Of a stretch of DNA of 64,000 nucleotides, positions 47,901 through 59,149 are shown one piece after another (positions within the stretch are counted from its first letter, which is position 1; each line of letters starts with the position of its first letter). The position numbers and the translations under genes were made by a program. A model generated the notes under the pieces. The model was not told the origin of the DNA. It made no database searches and worked only from the letters and a program-made list of their open reading frames with translations. The stretch is from Vicugna vicugna (taxonomy: Eukaryota): contig MU062417.1 of the NCBI GenBank assembly GCA_013265495.1, forward strand, positions 7,559,191 through 7,623,190. Reading direction: 5' to 3'.

Positions 47901-49794
47901 CTCTAAGACTTAATAAGTCTTAAGACAAACATGCTGTGAATAAGTATCTTGGAGGGAAATACTGTAATGAAAAGAAAACAGAAGGCAGTGATGAAACCTT
48001 GAACTGTTGGAAAAAGTAGTACAAAACAATGATAATTTTCCCCTCAGACTTGCCCCCTGGAAAGTCACTGTGAGGCATCCCTCTCTCTTTTCCCCACCCC
48101 ATGGTCATTTCCTTGTGATAATCCCAAGGGCACTGAGCTCAGATTTCTCAACCGGTCTCAATGAAGGTGGAGCGAAGGCAGGTTAAGGCATTGCTTCTCC
48201 TGCAGGACTCTTTGTAGAAGGCACAAGAGGCTTGGCAGTTTTCCAAGGCCCACGGAAGCAGGTTTTTAGGTACCCTTATATGGGATCGGCCCCTCAAATG
48301 TCATCCCGTTCACCCCCATCTCAGGAGACCGTTGAGCAACTAGGATAAATCACTGGTTCTAATCACTTAAGAGATGTCTACTACAATTTCAATCATTCTG
48401 GCACCATCACTGTCAATACAGCTGAAGTGTTTTAGATATTTTATTTCATTTTCCCAGAGCGTGTAGAGTTAGAATGTTTCAGTTATCAAGGCGCTGCTGC
48501 GGGGCGAGTGACCAGCCAGGGAAGAGAGGTACTCATTTTGCTTTCTGTCTGGTCACCGTCTCAGAGGGACTGCTCCTCAGCCTTCCATGACAACGGAGAG
48601 TTCTTGCAGGGGCATGCAGGTGTCCTCACCACCTAAAACAATGCCTGGCACAGAGCTGGATGCCAATATATATTAACTGAAAAACAATCCTCATTGCACT
48701 GTGTAATTAATGAATGTATTGCACAAACACTCTTATCAGGTTACTATTTCCATTTCTGTGGGGTAATTAACAAATAAATCTTCTGAATTATATTAATGTA
48801 GGATGAATTAGGATCTAATTATTTGGGAAGTTCAGATTTCAAGGAAAGTAATTTAAGGTCTTGTGAGCCTTCTCTTAGAAAATTGCAGGCTAGCAGTTGT
48901 GTAGGTCACTTCCCTGAAGTGGCCCAATTTTTCTGTCTGAGGAAAGTATACATTCATTTTTACTTACTCTTTCTGGTCTTCCGAGTTGTTGAAAACTCAG
49001 TTGCCTTTCACTTCTTGATCAAGACTTACCTGAAATGAGCCTAGAGGTGTCTTGCAAAAACATTTTAGGATTTAGTGAGGGACTGCAGTACAGTGATAAA
49101 ACCTGAGATTTACAAAGTAAAGGACAGATCCTTTGTGGAGAATGAAATTCAGATTTTTGTTTGCTTGTTTGTAGCTTCAGGGAGATTGTAGTGGGTGGTG
49201 CTTCTTCATTGGCTTCTAAAATATTTGATTTAAATAGGCCAAGGAAATGCGGACAATATTCGTTTGTCTACCATAGAGGACGTAGTCAGTCATTGATTTA
49301 GGGCCCTGCCCCCAAGGGAAAGGCCACTGGGATGAGTATAACTCAAGACCAGTTATAAATATGCTAAAGAGTGAAACAAGACTGGAAAGCGGCATGACTG
49401 TCCTGGAGACGCTCATACTAGAACACTACCATTTTCCTAGGGAACATCCTCCGTCGCTAAAAGAAGTCACTTCTCCCCAGACTTCCCAGTAAAGGTAGCC
49501 AGCGGTAGTGTAGCTGATACCCTCCCAACATCCAGAAGTAGCTTTAGATACTCAGGTTGATTTTACCTTCCTGATTATGTTTTACATCACTTGATAACCC
49601 CCAAAATTCAGCATCTTTTCATAGTGCTTAAGATTGACTTAATAATCTTTTAATAAAAGAAGTGAACATTTATGATCTCCAGAGTAGTTAGGAGAAAAAG
49701 ATGGGCCAGGTCTTCAAAGCAAAGGACCACTGAAACACAGCCCCAACTATCTCTCATTCACGGCTGCTGTAAATAAACTATAGAATCTTCTGGA

Positions 49795-50265
49795 GAGCAG
49801 TTGGGCAGTGTGAACGAAAAACTGTATAATGTACATTTTTTCAGTACAATAATTCCCATTCTAGGAGTTTACCAAGAAGAAATAATATGTGTATACAGAT
49901 GTGTTGAATATACCAGGACTATTCCACACCATTTGGCTCACCCTACCAAAATTGGAGTAATGTTCTTTCACAGAGACTTGGTTGTGTAAATTATCAATCT
50001 TGTACATTGGTCATGCAGATCTGTATTTTTTTCAGAATATATTGCTAAGTGAAAAAGTAGTTTCAAAACAAAATGTGTGATATGAAACCACTGTGTAACT
50101 AAAAACATATTTTTTCATGTATAGGAAAAAGTCTGGCAGGCTATGAATTAGTTTTCAGCTTTGTTTATATTTAGATGATAGAATTATGGGTGATTGTTTT
50201 TTCTGCTACTAATTTATCTCTTCTGTTTTTCTCATAAAGAATATGAATTACTTTTGTAATAATCT
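49795..50265 (+). mobile_element. L1ME 3' region
   Basis: caataattcccattctaggagtttacc.agaagaaataat...atattgctaagtgaaaaagtagtttcaaaac...gatagaattatgggtgatt...gaatatgaattacttttgtaat. Confidence 0.75.
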
Positions 50266-50469
50266 CCCCTAGTAATTATCCTTTTAGAACTTAGGAAATA
50301 ACAATTCTACCATTTGTTTTAGACAATAGGGTTGTATTATATGGGACATGTCAAAAAAAGAAAGTTTAATTTTTTATTTAACAAATATTTCTAAAGCACT
50401 TGCTGTATTACTATGTGCCAGACACAGTTTTGCCTCTGTGTCTCCTTATCTGTCTCCCTGTCTTTTACA

Positions 50470-50815
50470 TACATGGTTGTTGAGGTACATTGGCTAAGTT
50501 TGGCGTACGGGTCTGTGATGCATACAGTAGTGTACCCACCACCATCATCGAGAGACAGGACAGTTCGTCACTGCAGATTTCCTTGTGCTCCTTTGTGGTT
50601 AAGTCCCTGCACCCTCAACCTCTAGCTCCTGGAAACCTACTTAGGTTTCTGTCCCTCTACTTAGTTTTGCCTTTTCCATAATGTCATATAATTGCAATCA
50701 AACTGTATGTAACCTTTAGGGCCTGGCTTCTTCTACTTAGAATAATGCATTTGAGATTCAAGTTGTGTGGATCAGTCCTGGTAGTTTGTACCTGAAATAT
50801 CCATATTTGTTCATT
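50470..50815 (-). mobile_element. L1MB/L1MC 3' region
   Basis: gtacccaccaccatcat...tagttttgccttttccataatgtcatataattgcaatcaaac.gtatgtaaccttt..ggcctggcttcttctacttagaataatgcatttgagattca. Confidence 0.85.
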
Positions 50816-51099
50816 TCCGCAGCCTGCATCAATCTGCCCAAGGCATAGAGAAGGATCAAAAGTCCTGAATGTGCACATCCAACGCCTGCCTTTTCATTGC
50901 TCCTCGTCCCATCTGTCCAACTTCTCATCGATATCTTCGTTCCTTAGACATGGATTTTCAGTCTAATTAAAATCAATTCTTACTCATCCTCAACAGCCTA
51001 GTATTAGTTGATCATTTATTTTTGTGCCAAGATTGTTGTACAAGTCGGGGATGTAGATTATTTTAGGAATCATCCTATCCTTTTAAGATTTGAAGATCT

Positions 51100-52870
51100 G
51101 TCTTCTTGGATCTATGTCATGTCAATATATGGTATTATATTAACAGCCTTATTTATCCAGTCTTGATGGTCACCTCACTGTGGTTCCCATGTGCTGACTT
51201 AGAAACTGTATTCTCTGAATTTGTGTGATTATTCATTTTCTTTTGTCTCTCTCCATAACCGCTGGTTTCAACCATGACCAATGTATGAATGCTTTTTAAG
51301 TCTATATATTTCGAATAACAAATTTTCTTTCCTGAGCTAAATTCATGAATTTCAATTGGTTGAAGTTAGCATCTGAACATTTTGCCACCCTCTCAGACTG
51401 ACTATGACTCACACCAAATTTGTCATTTTCCCCTTACAAGCTAGCTCTTACTTTTTTAAAAAAAACTAGCTCTTATTTTTGATCTGCTTATTTTTTTTAA
51501 AATCAATGCCAATCAGCATCATCTCACCCATTCCAGACTGTAGTCCCCCACCCTGCTTCCATTTTTCCTACATCCAGTGAGTTGACCAGTTGTGTGAAGA
51601 ATACCTTACAGACATGGTTCTTCCTTGCACTTGGCTGCTTATTTTCCATTAACGTTGCTGTTGCCTGTTTTACATTTTCATCTCATCTCTTCTGGATACT
51701 AAGGGAGTTGATGAATTGAGCTCACTAAATTTATTTTACTCCTCTGTTTTTTCTCTTCTTTCCAATCTGTCCAACCAACTGTTGACATGTTATCAGGCAT
51801 CTAAACTGGGCTCTGTTATACTGTGGCTGAAGCATAGACTCTTAGGCATCAGACCTTCTCTTACTGTTGTCTCAGAGAACTTTTGGCCATTCCTTCTCTT
51901 GCCATCCTGAGTCCCAATCCTGCCTGCTTGCTACTCTAGAGCTTGGGTATCATTCGCTGTATCTGTCTTTGGCAGTTTCTTTTGGGCTTCAGTGTTTTGG
52001 AGCCTGGATTCTTGAGCCGACCTTTTCCCTGAAATGCCATTCATTTAAGCGTCTTCCTGTTACCCAAAGTTAGCCCTGCATCATTCTTACCTTTCCCACC
52101 ACTTGTCTCCTGTACTTTCCCCCTTCTGATTCATTATGAATTTAACTGACTCCCTCTCCTTTCCCCCTCCTGCCCTTCTCTTTTACTATTCCTTTCCATC
52201 CTCTCTTGTTTCTTCCTTTCTCCTCTGCTTGTCTTGGGTAGGAATTCAGCTAAGTTCATGAATTTCAACTGGCTGGAAGTTAGCATCTGAACATTTTGAC
52301 AGCCTCTCAAAGTGAACATGACAGAAATTCATCAGTCTTTCAATCAAAATGTTCAGTATCTTGCAAGGAAAGCAAGCACTTTTCATCAGATGTATGAGGC
52401 ACCTCACCATTTTCGCCAAGCCTCTAGTTTCAGACTTAACATTCATGACTCTCCTGTGAAGAGCCTTCTTCCAGTTAGAACAGGTTCCCCTTTCTCCCTG
52501 TGTATTCCACGACCTGTGCTAATCTTTGGTTTATCCTGGTTGCTAACTTGGAAAGTTCTTTTATTTCCCCTAATCTATTAAATTCTACTCCTTAAGCAAA
52601 TCAATTTTTTCTTTAATTCTTTCCTGTAACTCCCAGCCCCCATTGGAAAACTATCCTCTGCTGCCTTTAAATTAGGAAAGTGCTTCCTATTTAGGTTATA
52701 TTTTACTGTGCTTAAAAGTTATTGGTATGTATTTTCCCCACTCTTCCAGATTACAAGTGTGCCGAAGATAGAAGCTAAGGCACATGAGCTTCCCACTCGC
52801 TTCCCGGCAGGTTCTTTGCCACTTGAAGGAGCTTAATGACATCAATCTAGTGAATGAAGGAATGATGGGG
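51100..52870 (+). mobile_element. Fragmented L2 (L2c-like) LINE region
   Basis: Pyrimidine-rich L2 motifs (ctcaga..ac.atgactcacaccaaatttgtcattttcccc; catctcatctcttctggatact), ending in a tail-like agtgaatgaaggaatga. Boundaries loose. Confidence 0.55.
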
Positions 52871-53629
52871 CATTCATCCCTTCAGGCCACCATATAACTT
52901 TTTTTTTTAATTCCAAACATGTAGATGGGCCAACATTTTCAGGCAAAGCCCACCCTTCACTCTCTTCTGCGCCTTAAAGTCTTCATCATGGACCACAGCC
53001 CCAAGAATGCCCTCCTTTGCCCTGGCTCCTCCTTTTCTGAGTCTAGTTACACGAGTGCAGGGCACAGCTCTCTCTCCCTCCCTCCGCTGGCTGTGTGGGA
53101 AATTCCTGACATAATGGTCTGACCTGAAATGTCACCGAGGCAGGTTTGTGCTGGCTCTCAGCCCAATGCAAACAGCAGGGAGAAACGACGGTGCTCCGCT
53201 CAACACTTCACCTGTTAAGCTGTCATTGAAAGGGAAACACCTGCTACCCAGAGAGTCTTTATGTTTCACTTTACCGCAGGAGTCTACTCTGGACTTGTCA
53301 ACTGATTGCTTTGGGGCTCAGTTGGAAAAAAAACACATTATCTCCCCATGTAACTATCAAGTAAGGGAGGAAGTTTCCTCTGTATGGTTGGACTCGTCCA
53401 CAAAACAGGCTCATGGAGGGTTTAGAAGCACCAGCTCTGCTTTAGAAAAGGAGAAATACACTGTCTAGCTGTTCAGTGGGAGAATAGAACAGAGACCGCC
53501 AATGTCATTGTGCAGTTAGAACACTGCCGTCAGCGGGAGTCTCTGTTGTTCCAAAACTGTTTGTTAAGAGATGGCAGCACAAAGTGCGAGATCCGCAGTC
53601 TTCTGATCAGTAGAGTTTGGGAAGGAGGA

Positions 53630-53790
53630 GGTACAAGGGTTCAAGTCCCAGTTCTCCAACTTATTGTTTGACTTTGGGCAAGATACTTAACTTGTTTGAA
53701 ATTACTTATTCAGCGTCATGTAGGGGTTAGAGTTTGCCTGACCAGTTCTCACAGCCTAAGACTACGATTAGGTAATGCTTCGCAGCTCCT
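53630..53790 (+). mobile_element. MIR fragment
   Basis: gggttcaagtcccagttctccaactta..gtttgactttgggcaagatacttaact. Confidence 0.75.
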
Positions 53791-54679
53791 GCACTTGCAT
53801 TACTTAAAGCACCAGTCAGTAGCATTTTATAAGGGAGGGAGTTTTCTTAAGATTTACAGTGAAATCTCCCTGGTTTGCACTCAGAGGGGGCAGTGAATAG
53901 TTTGAATTATGGGATGCTTTTTCAGAAATGCCATTTTTATTACTTTCAAATGGGCACAGTAAATATGCTAGGCTAACAAAATGCTGCCAGGATGTTTTGC
54001 CAAATATAGATCTTTGTGTGAATGCATCGGAATGATATGTAATTAACTTTTATTGTTCATACATCAGTGTGAGCCCCTAAAGTGCTTAAAAACAGTTTGT
54101 TCCCTTAAGTGGTTTCACAAGTACCTTTGTCACCACACTCTTACTCACGTGATGCCCTCTGTAAAATCTGTTGGTACAAAGGCAGAACTGAACTCAGTTT
54201 TCTCTACTATCAGGCCCTTAAAGACAAGTGTTTACGGTGTGTTGAATGATGATGAGTTGGTATTTATAAAATTTTCCTGGTTACATATTCCATCCATGTA
54301 AACATCATTACTAAGCTCTGGGATACCGACATCTCTGCAGGAGTTGTCTCCGTATTTATACTATTGATTTAGAAGTTTCGCTTCCTTGTCTGGTGCAGCT
54401 TGAAGTGCAAGCTTATGTTGAAAACTCCAAGAGGTTCCTTGGAGTTGAATCCCTTTTACTCAGTGAGTCACTGGCCATCCCTTTCGCTCCTGTGTCCTTA
54501 TCCTCTAGATCTGTCTGTCTTGTGCCTGTTAGAACCTTAGTAGGCTTCCTGTCTTCTTGTCCCCTGGGACTTCTTAATTCTAGAACTCCTCAGTACACTT
54601 GAGGAAATGCCAGTCTCTATAGGGCAAAGCCTCACAGTTTCAGACATGATAACTGATGGTCACCGACAACCAGGTCTTT

Positions 54680-54805
54680 GAATTCTTAAGTCAGTATCTA
54701 TTTATTGACTACCTACCATGAATAAACTGTAGAGGATTAAACACAGATGCATAAGACACAGGCCTACTCTTAGGAGCTTGCTCACAACCTAATAGAGGAG
54801 GCTAA
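54680..54805 (-). mobile_element. L2 3' end
   Basis: tatttattgactacctaccatg...cacagatgcataagacacaggcctactcttaggagcttgctcacaacctaa. Confidence 0.65.
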
Positions 54806-56937
54806 TTCCTTTATAATTCTATTTCTGTTTCCTAGGGGAACTGAATTTTTCCTTTGTCCTCAGGCTTCAGTATCTACCACACTCTATAGAAGGTGTCACC
54901 TTCTCAGCACTGGTGACAGCAAAAGGCACGCTTTTCACTAGGCTGCAACTATGCCAACGAAGAAGTGACCTCAAGACAATATCACCTGGCTTAACTGCAG
55001 CTTCCATAAAACAGATAATTTACAAAATTATTAGAAACCATAAAATAGCCTAATGATATATTGAACCCCAGAACGAGTGAATAGGGAGAAAGAATAATGT
55101 ATTTTTTTTTACACAAAAAATTAAACTTAGTTGTTGGTAGTGGGTTGGGGGCAAAGGATAAGGAGGATTCTGGCTCAAGGCAGCATCAACTGATAGACCA
55201 CATGAAGGGAGAAAATCCAGTGAGCTAAGATGTCTCGCCTACATTCCGTGAAGATGGAAGCTATGCTCGCCTCTCTGGATAATGCATTGCTTTCAGTATT
55301 GTTATAAAGAGGTGGCACGCACGTTTATGACCCGTTGCTTGACCTGCTGACAGCGAAGCAAACCCAGTGTACCTCGAGGCCAAGATGACTTCAGTGGTTC
55401 TTCCCCTGGTCGGCAGCAATCAAAACCCCCACCATTAGTGTTTGTAGGTAGGTGCTTTCTGAAGACATTTAGTCCAGAGATGGGTTAAGACCATATTTCC
55501 TAGAAGGTTAATGTCTCGGGTAGCTTCTATGTAGGAGGCCTTTGCTTACCCAGACAGCCCATTAAAGTTGAGTTTCACCTAAGGGAGTGAAGTGAGCTGG
55601 GGAAAAAGAATGGGGAATTGATAGGTTTAATGAAGTGTGGATGGGAGAGAGAGGAGAGAAAAAACAAATTAGGGCTACCGATTGGTTTTAGAAAAGTGCG
55701 TTGAAGGCTCTGGTCATCCAGCAGTTGGAGGAACCATAGTTTCTGCCTTCTCCCTTCTTTCCCCTTTCCTGACTCAGAGGGGATGGCTGAGGTCACTCAG
55801 CATCAAATGCTAACATGTGTGTGATGCTTGGTTGTGGGGTCAGGGCTGATGATTTTGCTATGAACCAACCCAGACACCAAGACACTCCTTCACTGGGTAG
55901 GAGAGTATTTCCATGGGGGTGAGGCAGCACCGGACGGGGCACCAGGTTATCTAAGTCCTCAACTTGGCTTTGTCGGGATTTATTGGGTGGCCGTAGGCCC
56001 ATCCACTCCTCTTCTGGAGGCCCAGCTTCACTAACTCTCCATGCCAGGGCTGTTGGAGAGAGGGGCAAATAGGAGTAGCTGCCTTGTCCTTAGTTGGAAT
56101 TCGTGCCTGTGTTTTACAAAAGCAGATAAGTCGGTAGTATTTGAGAACTGGGTCTTACCCATCAGTATCTCAGAAATGAAAGAACTTCAGTTTCACAGCA
56201 AGATGCGGACCTGAACTCTCACATACTACTTGGGGAGAATTTTATTCATACTGAGGTTGAGAACCAAACCATAAACCTTTCCCATGCCTTCTTCACCTTT
56301 GGAGCCATCTTCTGAGTCTGGGAAGTCTGGCTATGTGCTTCCTGAGATGTGCCCAGCCTCGTTCCCATCTAGGCAGCAAACCTCTACTAGGGACAGATGC
56401 TTGGATTTTAATATAACAACTGGAGCCAATTTACAGAAGTAATATGATTTTCTAAATCATTGGAATTAGCTAGTCAAGCCTGAGAGTTACAATTATTCAG
56501 AGGCTCACAAGCCCTAATAACATCTGGCAAACTCCAACTGGGGCGGAAGGAAAAAAAACAAAAACAAAAACAAACCCCCTGCCTCACACAACAAGCAAAT
56601 AAACCAAAAAACAAACCCAAGGCACCATCATCATTTGTATTATGACATCCTTAAGGTCATCATGTCGAGGGGTGAAAGGAAATTAAAAGGAGGCTTCTGA
56701 GAGGACACTGCTTACAAGGGTTCCTTTACTTATAGCTTGTTAATTTTCACAGTGCAGTTGCCCTGGGTTGTGAATTAAAGAAACAGATGAAAAAAATACC
56801 GCGCCTTTCACTGCACTGGAGGCCCTGTGCATACGCCTGTGCCTTTTGATGGGAAACATTAAACATTTTTAATTTAGTACATCAATTTGAAAATCTAATT
56901 TTTTTTAGTGCTTTGTAGCAGCAGACGTGTTCACCGT

Positions 56938-57158
56938 NNNNNNNNNNNNNNNNNNNNNNNNNNNNNNNNNNNNNNNNNNNNNNNNNNNNNNNNNNNNNNN
57001 NNNNNNNNNNNNNNNNNNNNNNNNNNNNNNNNNNNNNNNNNNNNNNNNNNNNNNNNNNNNNNNNNNNNNNNNNNNNNNNNNNNNNNNNNNNNNNNNNNNN
57101 NNNNNNNNNNNNNNNNNNNNNNNNNNNNNNNNNNNNNNNNNNNNNNNNNNNNNNNNNN
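56938..57158. other. Assembly gap (221 N)
   Basis: N-run. Confidence 0.99.
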
Positions 57159-58235
57159 CGTTTCTCAACAACCAGCGGATGAAAAAAAGAAACTCTAATA
57201 AAGTGGCCTCTTGACCACCGTGTATGAGGTCTGGTAGGGAGAGATTAAAGTCGTGTGTTTGTCAACATAATAGGCAGAAGCTGGGAATGAATTAAGACCC
57301 CTTGTACAGTCTTTTCAGCTGGCCCTCAGCTTTGCCTTTTCAACTTCTTTTTTTTTAAGGTTTCAACTTGGAAATTTTTACTCTAAGGAATGATGTGTCA
57401 GCTAATGTAGGAATTAATTGCATCATTAGTCCCGCATAATGTACAGCCTGTGGCCAGAGGCCCCAGTCTGGGTTAGACTAACGCTGCCCCCTCCAAGGTG
57501 AGACAGGGGAACCGCGGCCCACGGTTCTCGTTAATTACAGGCGGGCCCAGGGCCCCTGCGAAGGCGTTGCTGGGGGAGGTGAAATGGTGCGTGTGGTTGT
57601 GTTTTGTAAACTGTACAGTGCTGCTCAGGACTGCAGTGTTGTCAGTGTTATTCTGACATCTGAGTTCGAATTTCTGCCCTGTGGGGTCTGAGTGTGGCTC
57701 CCTGAAATCCCAGCGGAGAAGCTAGGTCCTAAGGGGGAAAGATCGTTAGGACATTTTAGTTATTAAGCATCTCATACCAAACCTCATTTTGAAAATCTCA
57801 CTGTTAATGAATTAGAAGCTTTTAAATTAAGGCTGAGGGGTGAATTCTTAACTCTGGAAGAAGAGGAAATGCTGGTCTACAGAGGATAGCGTCCACAACT
57901 CATCTCCTTCCCTACTGAGCACAAGACGTGGGGAAGCAGGCTTCCTTGAATTTAGCAATGAGATGTGATGAGACCTCAGTGACGTAATGGGCGTGAGAGC
58001 CTTTGAAAATGGTGACATACGTGTAGGCAAGAGACCATTCAAATAGAAATAACGCACTCCAAATGTAACAGTTGGATGGCATGGATGTAAGCAGCAGCAG
58101 GACAGAAGGGTAGAAAGAGAACTTTTTTACTCTTCCTTTTACTGCCACTATCTCCCAATCCTGATATTCCATGGGAAGATAGATGAAAGGGATGAGAATG
58201 AATCAGGAAATGGAAGAAAAGAGAGACTTAGAAAA

Positions 58236-58437
58236 GCTAATGTAAACTGTGGACTTGGAGTGATCAGGATGTGCCAGTGTAGGTTCATCAGCTGTAACAA
58301 CCCGACCCCTCTGGTGGGAGGTGTTGATGGTGTAGGGGGGAGGGGGGCAGAGGGAGTGTGCGAAATCTCTGAACATTCCACTCAGTTTTTCTGTGAACCT
58401 AAAACTGCTCCAAAAAGTCTATTGGGAAAAAAAAAAG
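58236..58437 (+). mobile_element. L1MC1/2-type 3' terminus
   Basis: taatgtaaactgtggactt.gagtgat...gtaggttcatcagctgtaacaa...ctctggtgggaggtgttgat...aaatctctgaacattccactcagtttttctgtgaacctaaaactgctc. Confidence 0.92.
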
Positions 58438-58559
58438 ACCTCAGATACATGGATAAATGCCACTTAACAAATTTGAGGGTACCAGAGGGAGGTTATAATG
58501 AATATGGAATTTGAAATTAATTTTTTGTTTGTCTGTTTGCTTTTCCTTATCTAGGCTTA

Positions 58560-58910
58560 GAGTGAGGGAAGAACATGCCCTTGGTATTGGATGCAATCAT
58601 TTGAATCCCAGCTCTGTTATTTACAAACACTGTGACCTTGGGCAAATTACTTAAACTCTCTAAATCTCAGTAATCCTGTCTGTAAAAATGTATATTGGTG
58701 GAGAGGGTATAGCTCAGTGGTAGAGTGCTTGCCAAGGATACGCAAGGTCCTGGGTTCAATTCCCAGTACTTCCATTAAAAAAAATGTATACTGTATCCAT
58801 CTCAATACTGATTTCTTTGCATTGTTGGCAAGATTAAATGACCTAACCTGTGTGATACATACGGTGTGTTACACATAATAAGTTCGTAATAAATGGTGGC
58901 CAGTAATGTC
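58560..58910 (+). mobile_element. MIR SINE split by SINE copy 4
   Basis: ttgaatcccagctctg...tgtgaccttgggcaaattacttaaactctctaaatctcagt..cctgtctgtaaaa; resumes after the insertion with gttggcaagattaaatga...ataataagttcgtaataaatg. Confidence 0.85.
58695..58779 (+). mobile_element. tRNA-Ala-derived SINE, copy 4, with perfect 11-bp TSD
   Basis: gagggtatagctcagtggtagagtgcttgccaaggatacgcaaggtcctgggttcaattcccagtacttccatt; TSD aaaaatgtata at 58684-58694 and 58780-58790. Confidence 0.93.
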
Positions 58911-58989
58911 TGTTGTTGTTCTGTAACCTTTACAGTGGTCAGGAACAGATGTACTACAATGTGATAATCGTGTGCCATTTGTGGATAAA

Positions 58990-59120
58990 GATTATGTTTG
59001 TAAAGTACTTTATAGGTTAAGAGCATCCTCTTTTTTTGATATTCACAACAACTTGGTCAAATAGAAAAAATAGGGAGATATTACTGTTTTTTGTTACAGA
59101 GATGAGAAAACTATTCTTAT
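58990..59120 (-). mobile_element. MIR fragment
   Basis: gatattcacaacaact...attactgttttttgttacagagatgagaaaact. Confidence 0.55.
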
Positions 59121-59149
59121 GCAATTGGTTTGCTTAAGATTACAGAACT

